Translations under genes and position numbers: made by a program
Notes under the pieces: generated by a model
Told to the model about the DNA's origin: nothing
The model's database searches: none
What the model saw: the letters and a program-made list of their open reading frames with translations, nothing else
In this document: one piece after another, positions 1 through 10,370 of the stretch
Position numbering within the stretch: position 1 is the first letter of the stretch
Layout: every line of letters begins with the position of its first letter
Assembly: GCF_002160755.1 (NCBI RefSeq)
Contig: NZ_NFLE01000013.1
Coordinates: 11,906 to 75,905, forward strand
Source of the DNA: Lachnoclostridium sp. An14
Lineage (GTDB): Bacteria > Bacillota > Clostridia > Lachnospirales > Lachnospiraceae
Length of the DNA stretch: 64,000 bases
Direction of reading: 5' to 3'

Positions 1-518
1 TCATCGGCATGGGAAATTCTGCCATGGATGTGGCCAGGACAGCCCTGCGCCACGGTTCCAGGGAGGTGACCTTATACGCCAGGGGAGAGGCCAGCAGCGC
101 CAGCCAGCACGAAACGGACTACGCGAAACTGGAGGGGGCTATGTTCCGTTTCAACAAGGCGATACAGGAGATTAATGACGACGGTCCGGTGTTTCGGGAG
201 ATTTACCGGAACGAGGAGGGAAATATTGCGGGATACTCCCAGGAGACGGAGCAGGTGTACGCGGACTCTGTGATTATTTCCGTGAGTCAGGGACCAAAGG
301 ATAAGCTGGTAAACACCACGGAAGGTCTGAAGGCCACCTCAAACGGGCTGTTGGAAACTACGGAGAACGGCGAAACCACGGTAGAAGGAATTTTTGCCTC
401 CGGAGATGTGGTTTTGGGGGCAAAGACGGTGGTGCAGGCTGTGGAATATTCCAAGAAAGTGGCAGATGCCATGGATTCCTATATGAAAGCCAAAAAACAG
501 CAGAATCACAACTTTTAA
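1..518 (+). CDS. C-terminal fragment of an FAD/NAD(P)-binding oxidoreductase (glutamate-synthase small-subunit / GltD-like family); 5' end outside window
   Basis: ORF 9..518 translation (…TLYARGEA…, …GIFASGDVVLGAKTVVQAVEYSKKVA…) resembles the C-terminal NAD(P)-binding/FAD region of GltD-like pyridine-nucleotide disulfide oxidoreductases. The frame is open to position 1. Confidence 0.5.
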   Translation, partial: IGMGNSAMDVARTALRHGSREVTLYARGEASSASQHETDYAKLEGAMFRFNKAIQEINDDGPVFREIYRNEEGNIAGYSQETEQVYADSVIISVSQGPKDKLVNTTEGLKATSNGLLETTENGETTVEGIFASGDVVLGAKTVVQAVEYSKKVADAMDSYMKAKKQQNHNF

Positions 519-623
519 GTTGTAGTTGATACAATTCCTTGACTTTAGCGTTTCTGTGTGATATAGTTTGGTCAATGGTTAGGAAAAGGTCGAAGGGGAC
601 GCTACTGGAGAAAGTGCGTCCTT

Positions 624-727
624 TTTATTTAACAGGAAAGAGCGTTTCCTGTTAAATAAAAATGTTTCGCAAGGAGGCGCGCTCCGCGCAGCATGGAAAT
701 GGATTTCTTTACGGCTGCGGCTCAGTC
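624..727. repeat. Intergenic palindromic repeat element, copy 1 (modules A+B)
   Basis: Perfect 14-bp hairpin TATTTAACAGGAAA/TTTCCTGTTAAATA, then …gcaaggaggcgcgctccgcgcag…ggctgcgg. Same modules recur at 15350, 24142, 43017, 54903, 55310, 57383(inv), 57965, 63252. Confidence 0.8.
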
Positions 728-832
728 CGAACGATATTTCCGGTGTATGGGAGATCTCGCCGGGGAGTGGACTTTTTCCAAATTCCAGCAAAATACTTCG
801 TAAAACGGAGATCAATGAGGAGGAAAACGATT

Positions 833-1684
833 ATGAAGAAATGGACAGCACTCACTTTAGCGGCAGTAATGGCAGCATCTATGGCAGGCTGTGGCGGCGG
901 CACGGACGCCGGGACGACGGCAGCTCCGGCAGCGGACACCACAGCGGCAGATACGGCAGCAGAGAGCACGGAGGCTGCGGCAGATGATACCGAGGCAGCA
1001 GACGCCGCATCTGATAAAGTTTATCAGATCGCAACGGATATTACTTTCAAGCCTTTCGAGTTTGAGAATGAGAACGGAGAGATGGTGGGAATCGACCTGG
1101 ATCTTTTAAAGGCAATCGCTGAGGATCAGGGTTTCACCTACGAGCTTCAGGTAGTAGGTTTTAACGCGGCAGTTATGGCTATGGAGACCGGCGCCGCTGA
1201 CGCGGTGATCGCGGGAATGTCCATCACTCCTGAGAGAGAGGAGTTATACGATTTCTCTGATCCCTACTTTGAGTCCGGCGTAGGCTGCGCAGTTCTTTCC
1301 ACCTCCGAGGCGACGGATTACAGCGATTTCGCAGGAATGCAGGTGGCTGCTAAGACCGGTACGGAGGGCTGCAAGTTTGCGGAGTCCATCGCAGAGGAGT
1401 ACGGCTTTACGGTAGTACAGTTCGACACCTCCGCAATGATGTATCAGGATGTAATGGCAGGAAACTCTGTAGCCTGCTTTGAGGACTACCCGGTTATGGG
1501 CTACGAGATCAGCCAGGGCATGGATCTGAAACTGTTAGATAAGCTGGAGTCTGCCAATAACTACGGCATCGCAGTGATGAAGGGCCAGAACGCGGAGCTG
1601 ATCGAGATGATCAACGCCGGCCTTGCGAACTTAAAAGAGAGCGGAAAGTACGACGAGATCATTGATACTTATATTAAGAAGTAA
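833..1684 (+). CDS. Polar amino-acid ABC transporter substrate-binding lipoprotein (Ala/Thr/Asp-rich linker after lipobox Cys)
   Basis: Start moved to ATG 833 (MKKWTALTLAAVMAASMAGCGG lipoprotein signal; RBS GAGGAGG upstream). The long ORF from 662 is an in-frame 5' extension over the repeat element. Type-2 SBP fold motifs; first gene of an SBP-permease-ATPase operon. Confidence 0.85.
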   Translation: MKKWTALTLAAVMAASMAGCGGGTDAGTTAAPAADTTAADTAAESTEAAADDTEAADAASDKVYQIATDITFKPFEFENENGEMVGIDLDLLKAIAEDQGFTYELQVVGFNAAVMAMETGAADAVIAGMSITPEREELYDFSDPYFESGVGCAVLSTSEATDYSDFAGMQVAAKTGTEGCKFAESIAEEYGFTVVQFDTSAMMYQDVMAGNSVACFEDYPVMGYEISQGMDLKLLDKLESANNYGIAVMKGQNAELIEMINAGLANLKESGKYDEIIDTYIKK

Positions 1685-1844
1685 TAAAAAGTGAATCTGA
1701 AGTCCGGCGGAGAGTTCGGGGGTACGGCCCCCGGACTTTCCGTGCGGTTTTCAAAAAATGGCCATGGGCAGCGGAGAGCGGAAACTGCGGATTTCGTTTT
1801 CCGGTGTTCACGGCAGAAAAACTGAGGAAAGCAGGTAAAGGACC

Positions 1845-2528
1845 ATGATACAGATCGCAGATATTCTGGCGAAGAATTTCCCTGTGCTGCTGGCGGCGCT
1901 GGGAGAGACTCTGAAACTGACGGTGGTAAGCTTATTTTTTGCCACCATCATCGGTGTGATTTTTGGATTGCTTAAGGTGTCTGGAAAGAAACCGCTGAAG
2001 ATCCTGGCAGATATTTACATCGACATTATCCGCGGCACGCCGCTGATGGTACAGACCATGATCATTTACTACGGCATCGGCCAGATGCTGCGTCCCATGG
2101 GATTTATGTGGGCGAACTACGGCGGCTCCTTTGCGGCGGCGGCAGTGACCCTGAGCCTGAACGCAGGCGCCTATATGGCGGAGATCATCCGCGGCGGAAT
2201 CGAGTCCGTAGATAAAGGACAGATGGAGGCGGCCAGAAGCCTGGGAATGTCCTATGCGAAATCCATGCAGAAGATCATTCTTCCCCAGGCGTTCCGGACG
2301 ATGCTCCCGTCCATTATCAACCAGTTTATCATCTCCCTGAAGGATACCTCCCTGGTATCTGTAATCGGAGTGTCCGAGCTTACGAAACGAGGAAATATCT
2401 TAACAGCGAATGCAGCGGCCCGCTCCATGGCAATCTGGGTGACGATCGCTCTGTTCTATCTGGTAATCTGCACCATTCTGTCCAGAGTGGCAAAAATCAT
2501 GGAAAGGCGGGTGTCTTATGGCAAATAA
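1845..2528 (+). CDS. Amino-acid ABC transporter permease (His/Gln/Glu polar amino acid family)
   Basis: 227 aa, multiple TM helices; EAA-like loop …[22 protein letters not shown]…; position between SBP and ATPase. Confidence 0.9.
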   Translation: MIQIADILAKNFPVLLAALGETLKLTVVSLFFATIIGVIFGLLKVSGKKPLKILADIYIDIIRGTPLMVQTMIIYYGIGQMLRPMGFMWANYGGSFAAAAVTLSLNAGAYMAEIIRGGIESVDKGQMEAARSLGMSYAKSMQKIILPQAFRTMLPSIINQFIISLKDTSLVSVIGVSELTKRGNILTANAAARSMAIWVTIALFYLVICTILSRVAKIMERRVSYGK

Positions 2529-3249
2529 GATCGTGGTAAAGAACCTGAAGAAAACCTTTGGCCATCTTGAGGTTTTAAAGGATATTAATATGGAAGTGGA
2601 AGAAGGAGAGGTGGTCTGCCTCATCGGTCCCTCCGGATCGGGAAAGAGTACCTTTCTGCGCTGTCTGAACCGTCTGGAGGACATCACGGACGGCGTGGTA
2701 CTGGTGGATGGCCATGCCATGTCAGATAAAAAGATCAATTTAAATAAAATCCGGGAAAACATTGGAATGGTGTTTCAGCACTTCAATCTGTTTCCTCATC
2801 TGACGGTGCTGGATAATATCACCATCGCTCCGGTGGAGCTTAAGAAAATGACAAAGGCCGAGGCCAGGGACAAGGCCATGGAGCTTCTGGAAAAAGTAGG
2901 GCTGTCTGACAAGGCGTCCGCTTTCCCGGCCCAGCTTTCCGGCGGCCAGAAACAGCGTGTGGCCATTGCCAGGGCTCTCGCCATGAATCCGGACATCATG
3001 CTGTTTGACGAGCCCACCTCCGCTCTGGATCCGGAGATGGTGGGAGAGGTGCTGGAGGTAATGAAACAGCTGGCCGCGGACGGAATGACCATGGTGGTGG
3101 TGACCCATGAGATGGGCTTTGCCAGGGAAGTGGCGGACCGGGTAGTGTTTATGGACGGCGGTTATATTGTGGAGGAAGGCACCCCGGAGGAGGTATTCGG
3201 CCATCCCAAGGAGGAGCGGACCATCAGTTTCCTCAATAAGGTGTTGTAA
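2518..3249 (+). CDS. Amino-acid ABC transporter ATP-binding protein (GlnQ-like)
   Basis: Walker [10 protein letters not shown], signature [15 protein letters not shown], Walker [13 protein letters not shown]-loop; 243 aa; start overlaps the permease stop. Confidence 0.9.
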   Translation: MANKIVVKNLKKTFGHLEVLKDINMEVEEGEVVCLIGPSGSGKSTFLRCLNRLEDITDGVVLVDGHAMSDKKINLNKIRENIGMVFQHFNLFPHLTVLDNITIAPVELKKMTKAEARDKAMELLEKVGLSDKASAFPAQLSGGQKQRVAIARALAMNPDIMLFDEPTSALDPEMVGEVLEVMKQLAADGMTMVVVTHEMGFAREVADRVVFMDGGYIVEEGTPEEVFGHPKEERTISFLNKVL

Positions 3250-3533
3250 GCAGCGGGACGAGGGCTGGTAAGGTTGGGAAGTTCCGGAGCAATTTCGGAC
3301 ATAGGGGCGTTTCGCGGGACTCCCGTGAAAGCGCCTGTCCCGAAACCTGGTGTGATAAAGGAAAAAGGCACAAAACGTCAAACCGAAAAATCCGGTTCCC
3401 GTAAAAGGTTTCGTAAAAATTGCCGCTGTAAAAAGCTAAGGTAAAAAGCTAAAGCTAAAAAAATCCGGCTCCCGTAAAATTCTGCTTGCCAAATCCGGAT
3501 TTTATGGTATAATAAAAACTGTTCTTGAAACAG

Positions 3534-3604
3534 GCAGATGTAGTTCATCGGTAGAATATCAGCTTCCCAAGCTGAGGAGGCGGGTTCGATTCCCGTCATC
3601 TGCT
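3534..3604 (+). tRNA. tRNA-Gly (anticodon CCC)
   Basis: Cloverleaf by eye: acceptor GCAGATG/CATCTGC, D-arm GTTC…GAAT, anticodon stem TCAGC/GCTGA with loop TTCCCAA, T-arm GCGGG-TTCGATT-CCCGT, discriminator T, no encoded CCA. Promoter TTGCCA-17-TATAAT about 40 bp upstream. An antisense ORF with MTGIEPASS is the typical tRNA artefact. Confidence 0.85.
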
Positions 3605-3689
3605 TTCGAAATTATGAGAGGAACCCTTGAGCTATCAAGGGTTTTTTCTTCGTTTTACAGGAAGTTTTTGCCTTTTCCGGGTCTGTGGG

Positions 3690-4095
3690 AATGTCCGCAA
3701 GTCAGAGGGAATAGAGGAGATGTCTGCGAGCCAGAGGGAATCTTTGCAGACAAGAGGAAATCTCCGCAAGCCAGAGGGAATGCCGGCAAGTTAGAAGGGA
3801 CCTTCGCAAACCAGAGAGAATCTCCGTCAACCGGAGAAAGCCTCTGTAAATTAGTAGAAGGAGCCTCCGCAAGCCAGAGGGAACCTTCGCCAACCAGAGG
3901 AAACCTCCGCAAGCGAGAAGGAATCCCGCAAGCTGGAGTGAACCTCCGCAAATAAGAAGAAGACTCCGCCAGCCAGTGGGAATGCCAGCCAGCCAGAGGG
4001 AACCTTCGCCAGCCAGAAGGAATCCCGCAAGCTAGAGGGAACCTTCGCCAGCCAGAAGGAATGCCCGCAAGCCAGAGGGAACCTTCGCCAGCCCA
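3690..4095. repeat. Tandem array of ~19 degenerate 19-22 bp units (consensus ~CAAGCCAGAGGGAACCTTCGC) immediately downstream of tRNA-Gly
   Basis: Head-to-tail units with no spacers, more diverged near the tRNA and near-perfect towards 4095. All six frames give low-complexity translations. Confidence 0.8.
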
Positions 4096-4253
4096 TGCCC
4101 TCCCCCTTCGCCCCCTTCGCAGAAAAGCAGGAAAGAAAAGGCATCCTCCCTCCGCCCCCTCATCATCCCTACAAATTTCGCAGTACCCATTTGCTCTGCG
4201 GCATCCGTCGCAGCGTCAACCTCATACCTCAACCAAAGAAAGGAGGACAGCTC

Positions 4254-5945
4254 TTGCTGGCAGAAAATCGAAAGAAATGGAAAGAACGGTGGGATTCCTT
4301 CACCGCGGAATGTGGCCGCGGCCTCTGGCTGACGGTGTTTGCGGCAGTGTTTGTATACGGGATCCGGCTGGTGGAGGAAGACCTTTCCATCGACACGGAA
4401 ATTATGCTCAATAACCAGCAGGAGATGCTGGACTCCTGGATCGGAATCGGGCGTTTTGGACTGGTATTTACGAAAAAACTGTTTGGTTTTCAGCGTCTGG
4501 TGCCCTTTACGGAAAATCTGATGATGTTGCTGGCGCTGATCGCCGCGGGAGTGGTGCTGTCCTTCGCCCTTTGGACCTGGTGCGGGGAAGACCGGCGTTA
4601 CCGGACGTTTTGCGGGATTCTTCCCGCCCTTTTCCTCACTGGCCCCTGTTTTGCGGAGCAGTTTCACTTTACGCTGCAGGCGTTTCCAGTGGCCTTTGCC
4701 ATGGGATTGGCGGCTGCGGCGGTATTCTCCATGGAACAGTGGGCCTGGGAGAGAAGGAAGGTCTGGTGGCTGGCGACAGGCGTTCTTTTAGGGGCGTGGG
4801 CGGCAGGCACGTATCAGGTGCTGGCCGCCATGGAGGTGGCCCTGTTTGCCATGGCGTATTTCCTGCGGGTGACAGAGGCGAAGGGAGAGAAAACATGGCT
4901 TGTTTCCGGGATTCGCTCGGCGGCGGCCTTCGGGCTCACCATGGCCCTCTATGCCGGTCTTTCCGCGGCGGTAAAGGCGGTGACCGGCTCCTACTCCGCC
5001 TATGTGGAGGGACAGATGCACTGGGGCGAGGGGATCCGGGTCTGCCTGCACTACATTTTAAATGACGTGACCAGGATCTTAAAGAGTACGGAGATTTTTT
5101 ACCACCCGTGGACCGCGCCAGTGCTGGCGGTGTTTGCCCTGGCGGCGGGCTGGCGGATTGTCCGGCTGCCCGGATCCCTGGAGCGAAAGCTGTGCGCCTG
5201 GTTCAGCCTGGCGATGGTGGCGGCATCCCCCTTTTACCTGACAGTGGCCACCGGCTACTACCAGCCGGCCAGAGCGCAGCTGGTTTATCCCCTGGCCCTG
5301 GCCTTCTGGTGCAGCTACCTGACGGCCCCGTGGCCGGAACTTCGCGAAAAGGAATCCTGCGAAAAGGAGCCTTGTGAAAAGAGGGGAACGGAGGCAGAAC
5401 CTGGGGATTCCGTGCCCAGATCAGCTGCAGCCGTTCCATCTTGCAAAGCCGGAACTGGGAAACGTCCTCCGGCCCTTCCCTGGCTGAAATGGGCAGCCTG
5501 CCTTCTCTGCGCGGTGATCGCCGTGGATCAGGCCCAGGTGACCACGGGATTGTTCCGCACGGCGGCGGAGGTGAGCCGAAACGATCAGCAGCTGCTGAAC
5601 CGGATCTACAGCCGGGCGGAGGAAGTGGCGGACACGGAGGATATGTCCCAGGTGATGATCCTTCTGGTGGGCAAACGGGATCCCGTCCTGTCTCCGGACA
5701 GCCTCACAGGGGATACCATTGGCTATTCCTACTTTAACTGGGAGGACGACATCCTGGGAGTGACCGGCCGGATCTTTACGGAAAATGGCCTTGGCCGGGC
5801 CATGGGCCTAGAATACGGCCCGGTGAATACCCAGTCCTATGAAAACGCCGTGGCACAGGCAAAGGGCCGTCCCATCTGGCCGGCAAAGGACAGCGTCTGG
5901 GAAGTGAGCGAAGGCGTGGTGGCGGTAAAATTGGGGGAGGAATAG
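4254..5945 (+). CDS. Hypothetical polytopic membrane protein (N-terminal ~8-10 TM helices, Pro/Cys/Glu-rich linker, C-terminal ~200 aa extracytoplasmic domain)
   Basis: The ORF is open from 4095 inside the repeat array. The likely start is TTG 4254 (RBS AAAGGAGGA 7 nt upstream), giving an N-terminus LLAENRKKWKERW followed by the first TM helix. An alternative start is ATG 4404. No recognisable family by eye. Confidence 0.55.
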   Translation: MLAENRKKWKERWDSFTAECGRGLWLTVFAAVFVYGIRLVEEDLSIDTEIMLNNQQEMLDSWIGIGRFGLVFTKKLFGFQRLVPFTENLMMLLALIAAGVVLSFALWTWCGEDRRYRTFCGILPALFLTGPCFAEQFHFTLQAFPVAFAMGLAAAAVFSMEQWAWERRKVWWLATGVLLGAWAAGTYQVLAAMEVALFAMAYFLRVTEAKGEKTWLVSGIRSAAAFGLTMALYAGLSAAVKAVTGSYSAYVEGQMHWGEGIRVCLHYILNDVTRILKSTEIFYHPWTAPVLAVFALAAGWRIVRLPGSLERKLCAWFSLAMVAASPFYLTVATGYYQPARAQLVYPLALAFWCSYLTAPWPELREKESCEKEPCEKRGTEAEPGDSVPRSAAAVPSCKAGTGKRPPALPWLKWAACLLCAVIAVDQAQVTTGLFRTAAEVSRNDQQLLNRIYSRAEEVADTEDMSQVMILLVGKRDPVLSPDSLTGDTIGYSYFNWEDDILGVTGRIFTENGLGRAMGLEYGPVNTQSYENAVAQAKGRPIWPAKDSVWEVSEGVVAVKLGEE

Positions 5946-6147
5946 AAAATTTCCTTTAAAAGCGGCGCCTGCGCCCATTCCCCACAAGGTACAACCGGTC
6001 TTAAAGGCGGAACATTTCCCGTGGGCGGGCCGCAGGCCCTGTGCGCGGATTTCCGACTTTTGAGCCCGGTATCTTGCAAAACGAAAAAATTTATGCCATA
6101 ATCAGGTGGCATATGAACGGATAGAATACGAGATTTGGAGGCATTAC

Positions 6148-8067
6148 ATGGCAAAGACACAGTATAATGCGGACAGCATCACCGTGCTGGAGGGCCTGGA
6201 GGCGGTGCGCAAGCGCCCTGGTATGTACATCGGGGACGTGGGCACCAAGGGGTTAAACCATTTGATCTATGAAATCGTGGACAACGCGGTGGACGAACAT
6301 CTGGCGGGCTACTGCAACGAGATCTGGGTGACGCTGGAGGCGGACGGTTCCTGCACCGTAAAAGACAGCGGCCGCGGCATCCCGGTGGGAATGCACAAAA
6401 AAGGCATTTCCGCGGAGCGGGTGGTGTTAGCGACCCTCCACGCGGGAGGAAAATTTGACAATGAGGCCTACAAGACCAGCGGCGGCCTCCACGGCGTAGG
6501 CTCCTCTGTGGTAAACGCCCTGTCTGAGCGGATGGACGTGAAAATTTACCAGAACGGCGGCATCCATCACGACGCCTACGAGAGGGGAATCCCCACAGTC
6601 CAGCTGGAGAACGGCCTGCTGCCGGTGGTGGGAAAGACGAAGGCCACGGGAACGGAGATCAACTTCCTGCCGGACGGGGAAATCTTTGAAAAGACCAGGT
6701 TTAAGGACAAATGGCTGAAAAGCCGCCTGCACGAGACCGCTTACTTAAATCCGGCCCTGACCATTCATTACGAAAACCGCAGAGCCGGTGAGGAGGAGCA
6801 GGTGGACTACAGCGAGCCGGACGGAATCGTGGCCTACGTGCGGGAATTAAATGCTGGCAAGGAGACGGTGCACGAGCCGATTTATTATAAGGGGACGTCG
6901 GAGAAGATCGAGGTGGAGGTAGCCATCCAGTTTGTGGACGCCTTTGAGGAGAACACTCTGGGATTCTGCAACAACATTTTCACCCAGGAAGGCGGCACCC
7001 ATCTCATGGGCTTTAAAACCCGTTTCACCCAGCTGATCAACGGCTACGCCAGGGAGTTAGGGATCCTGAAGGAAAAGGATAGCAACTTCACCGGAGCGGA
7101 CACCAGAAACGGTATGACGGCCATCGTGGCGGTGAAGCACCCCGACCCCATTTTCGAGGGTCAGACCAAGACGAAACTGGCCAGCGCCGACGCCACCAAG
7201 GCCGTATTTTCCGTGACCGGGGACGAGCTTACCCGGTATTTTGACCGGAACTTAGAGGTGCTAAAGGGCATCATCGGCTGCGCCGAGAAATCGGCGAAGA
7301 TCCGCAAGGCGGAGGAAAAGGCCAAGACCAATATGCTCTCCAAATCCAAGTTTTCCTTCGACAGCAACGGAAAGCTGGCAAACTGTGAGAGCCGGGACGC
7401 CTCCAAGTGCGAAATTTTCATTGTAGAGGGAGATTCCGCCGGCGGCTCCGCCAAAACGGCCAGAAACCGCCAGTACCAGGCCATCCTGCCCATCCGAGGA
7501 AAGATTCTGAACGTGGAGAAGGCTTCCATGGACAAGGTGTTGGGAAACGCGGAGATCAAGACCATGATCAACGCCTTCGGCTGCGGCTTTTCCGAGGGCT
7601 ATGGAAACGATTTTGACATTGGAAAGCTGCGGTACAACAAGATCATCCTGATGACGGACGCGGACGTGGACGGGAGCCATATCGACACGCTGCTGCTCAC
7701 CTTTTTGTACCGGTTCATGCCGGAATTAATCTACAACGGCCACGTGTACATCGCCATGCCCCCCCTCTATAAGGTGATTCCCAAAAAGGGGCAGGAGCAG
7801 TATCTGTTTGACGACAGGGAGTTGGAGCGCTACCGGAAAACCCATACGGGAGAGTTTACCCTTCAGCGGTATAAGGGCCTGGGAGAGATGGACCCGGAGC
7901 AGCTCTGGGAGACGACCCTGGATCCGGAGCGGCGGGTACTCAAGCAGGTGGAGATCGAGGATGCCCGCATGGCATCGGAGATTACGGAAATGCTCATGGG
8001 CAGCGACGTGCCGCCCAGACGGCAATTCATTTACGACCACGCGGACGAGGCGGAGATTGACGCCTAG
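6148..8067 (+). CDS. gyrB: Type IIA topoisomerase ATPase subunit (DNA gyrase subunit B; ParE not excluded)
   Basis: MAKTQYNADSITVLEGLEAVRKRPGMYIGD…; GHKL ATPase, TOPRIM (EGDSAGGSAK), C-terminal tail; 639 aa. RBS GGAGG upstream of ATG 6148. Confidence 0.9.
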   Translation: MAKTQYNADSITVLEGLEAVRKRPGMYIGDVGTKGLNHLIYEIVDNAVDEHLAGYCNEIWVTLEADGSCTVKDSGRGIPVGMHKKGISAERVVLATLHAGGKFDNEAYKTSGGLHGVGSSVVNALSERMDVKIYQNGGIHHDAYERGIPTVQLENGLLPVVGKTKATGTEINFLPDGEIFEKTRFKDKWLKSRLHETAYLNPALTIHYENRRAGEEEQVDYSEPDGIVAYVRELNAGKETVHEPIYYKGTSEKIEVEVAIQFVDAFEENTLGFCNNIFTQEGGTHLMGFKTRFTQLINGYARELGILKEKDSNFTGADTRNGMTAIVAVKHPDPIFEGQTKTKLASADATKAVFSVTGDELTRYFDRNLEVLKGIIGCAEKSAKIRKAEEKAKTNMLSKSKFSFDSNGKLANCESRDASKCEIFIVEGDSAGGSAKTARNRQYQAILPIRGKILNVEKASMDKVLGNAEIKTMINAFGCGFSEGYGNDFDIGKLRYNKIILMTDADVDGSHIDTLLLTFLYRFMPELIYNGHVYIAMPPLYKVIPKKGQEQYLFDDRELERYRKTHTGEFTLQRYKGLGEMDPEQLWETTLDPERRVLKQVEIEDARMASEITEMLMGSDVPPRRQFIYDHADEAEIDA

Positions 8068-8101
8068 GCGGCGGGCATGGAAATAAGCGAGGAGAATTCA
8101 A

Positions 8102-10336
8102 ATGGCTGAAAAGATAATAAAGACGGAATATTCAGAGGAAATGCAGAAAAGCTACATGAATTATTCCATGAGCGTGATCACCGCCAGAGCCATCCCTGAC
8201 GCCAGGGACGGCTTGAAACCGGTACAGCGGCGGGTACTCTACGATATGAGCGAGCTGAGGCTGAACCACGACAAGCCCCACCGGAAAGCGGCCCGTATTG
8301 TGGGAGATACCATGGGTAAGTACCATCCCCACGGCGATAGCTCCATCTACGACACCCTGGTGGTCCTGTCCCAGGGCTTTAAAAAGGGAATGCCTCTGGT
8401 GGACGGACACGGAAACTTCGGCTCCATCGAGGGCGACGGGGCGGCTGCCATGCGTTACACCGAGGCCAGGCTGCAAAAATTTGCGGAGGAGGTCTATTTA
8501 AAGGATCTGGACAAGACCGTAAATTTTGTCCCCAACTATGACGAGACGGACAAAGAGCCGGAGGTGCTGCCGGTGCGGGTGCCAAACCTCTTGGTAAACG
8601 GCGCCGAGGGCATCGCCGTAGGCATGAGCACCAGCATCCCCACCCACAACCTGGGAGAGGTGGTGGACGCGGTGATGGCCTACATCGACAACCCGGACAT
8701 CTCCACGGCGGAGCTGATGGAAAAGCTGCCGGGCCCCGACTTCCCCACCGGCGGCATCATCGCCAATAAAAGCGATCTGCCCGCCATCTATGAGACCGGC
8801 TCCGGACGCCTGAAACTGCGGGGGCGGATCGAGGTGGAGCTGGGAAAACGGAAGGCGGACCGGGACAAGCTGGTGATCTCGGAAATCCCCTACACCATGG
8901 TGGGCGCCGGCATCAACAAGTTCCTGGTGGACGTGGCCGACCTGGTGGAGTCCAAAAAGCTGCCGGACGTGGTGGACATTTCCAACCAGTCCAACAAAGA
9001 GGGCATCCGCATCGTGCTGGAGCTGAAAAAAGACGCCGACGTGGAGAAAATCAAGGCCATCCTCTACAAAAAGACGAAACTGGAGGACACCTACGGCGTC
9101 AATATGCTGGCCATCGTGGACGGCCGCCCGGAGACCTTAAACCTGCGGGGGGTCTTAAAGAACTTCATGGACTTCCAGCACGAGAACACCACCAGGAAGT
9201 ACAAGGCCCTGCTGGAGAAAGAGCTGGAGAAAAAGGAGGTCCAGGAGGGACTGATCCGGGCCTGCGACATCATTGACCTGATTATCGCCGTGCTCCGGGG
9301 CTCCAGGAACTTAAAGGACGCCAAGGCCTGCCTGGTAAACGGCGACATTTCCAATATCCATTTCCGCACTCCCGGTTTTGAGGAGGACGCCAAGCGCCTC
9401 TGCTTTTCCGAGCGCCAGGCCACGGCCATCCTGGAAATGCGGATGTACAAGCTCATCGGCCTGGAGATTCTGGCCCTGGAAAAGGATTACAAGGAGACGG
9501 TGAAAAAGATCGAGCGGTATCAGAAGATTTTAAAAAGCCGGAAAACCATGGATCAGGTCATCAAGGACGACCTGCTGGCCATCCGGAAGGAATTTGCCAT
9601 TCCCAGGCGGACGGTCATCGAGGACAGCCGGGAGATCGCCTACGTGGAGACTCCCGCGGCGGAGCAGCCGGTGGTGTTTGTCATGGACCGGTTCGGCTAC
9701 TGCAAGACCCTGGACCGGGCCGTGTATGAGCGGAACCGGGAGACGGTGGACGGGGAGCACACCCACGTGGTGCCCTGTATGAGCTCCGACCGGATCTGCC
9801 TGTTTACGGACATAGGCGCCCTGCACCAGGTCAAGCTGGCGGATGTGCCCGCGGGAAAGCTGCGGGACAAAGGCGTTCCCATCGACAACCTGAGCCGGTT
9901 TGACGGCACGAAGGAGGAGATTGTTTACCTGGTGAACGGGGAATCCCTCTATGAGAGCACCCTGCTCTTTGCCACAAAGCAGGCTATGGTGAAACTGGTG
10001 CCTGGCAGCGAGTTCTGCACCAACAACCGCACCGTGGTTTCCACAAAGCTCCAGGAGGGAGACAGCCTGACGGCGGTGGTGCCTGTAAACGGGGAGCACG
10101 ACGTGATTCTCCAGACGGACGGCGGCGTATTCCTGCGGTTTTCCATGGAGGAAATCCCTGTGATGAAGAAGGCGTCCAAGGGCGTCCGGGGCATGAAACT
10201 GGCCGACGGAGAAAATTTAGAAAAAGTTTATTTATTAGGAGACGATCCTGTAGTAGAATATAAGGGAAAAGACGTCCATCTGAACCGGCTGAAACTGGGA
10301 AAGAGGGACGGAAAAGGAACCCGGGCGAGGCTTTAA
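8102..10336 (+). CDS. gyrA: Type IIA topoisomerase breakage-reunion subunit (DNA gyrase subunit A; ParC not excluded)
   Basis: …[18 protein letters not shown]…[15 protein letters not shown]… (QRDR-like) and active-site Tyr region. Only 744 aa, with a short C-terminal domain in which no canonical GyrA-box (QRRGGKG) is visible. Confidence 0.85.
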   Translation: MAEKIIKTEYSEEMQKSYMNYSMSVITARAIPDARDGLKPVQRRVLYDMSELRLNHDKPHRKAARIVGDTMGKYHPHGDSSIYDTLVVLSQGFKKGMPLVDGHGNFGSIEGDGAAAMRYTEARLQKFAEEVYLKDLDKTVNFVPNYDETDKEPEVLPVRVPNLLVNGAEGIAVGMSTSIPTHNLGEVVDAVMAYIDNPDISTAELMEKLPGPDFPTGGIIANKSDLPAIYETGSGRLKLRGRIEVELGKRKADRDKLVISEIPYTMVGAGINKFLVDVADLVESKKLPDVVDISNQSNKEGIRIVLELKKDADVEKIKAILYKKTKLEDTYGVNMLAIVDGRPETLNLRGVLKNFMDFQHENTTRKYKALLEKELEKKEVQEGLIRACDIIDLIIAVLRGSRNLKDAKACLVNGDISNIHFRTPGFEEDAKRLCFSERQATAILEMRMYKLIGLEILALEKDYKETVKKIERYQKILKSRKTMDQVIKDDLLAIRKEFAIPRRTVIEDSREIAYVETPAAEQPVVFVMDRFGYCKTLDRAVYERNRETVDGEHTHVVPCMSSDRICLFTDIGALHQVKLADVPAGKLRDKGVPIDNLSRFDGTKEEIVYLVNGESLYESTLLFATKQAMVKLVPGSEFCTNNRTVVSTKLQEGDSLTAVVPVNGEHDVILQTDGGVFLRFSMEEIPVMKKASKGVRGMKLADGENLEKVYLLGDDPVVEYKGKDVHLNRLKLGKRDGKGTRARL

Positions 10337-10370
10337 TCCCGCCCGAAACAAAGGAGAAGGAGGAAATTTT

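Noticed and set aside
662-832. N-terminal 57-aa extension of the amino-acid SBP ORF (ORF 662..1684)
   Set aside because: The extension is translated from the palindromic repeat element and has no RBS. A canonical lipoprotein signal with RBS begins at ATG 833.
3690-4095. Possible CRISPR array next to a tRNA
   Set aside because: Units are contiguous ~21-bp direct repeats with no unique spacers, and their progressive degeneracy is unlike CRISPR repeats. No cas genes are in the window.
4571-5737. Alternative-frame + ORFs (4571..5065, 5108..5377, 5441..5737) inside the membrane-protein gene
   Set aside because: Gly/Arg/Pro-rich translations from off-frames of a GC-rich gene. The main frame has coherent TM topology.
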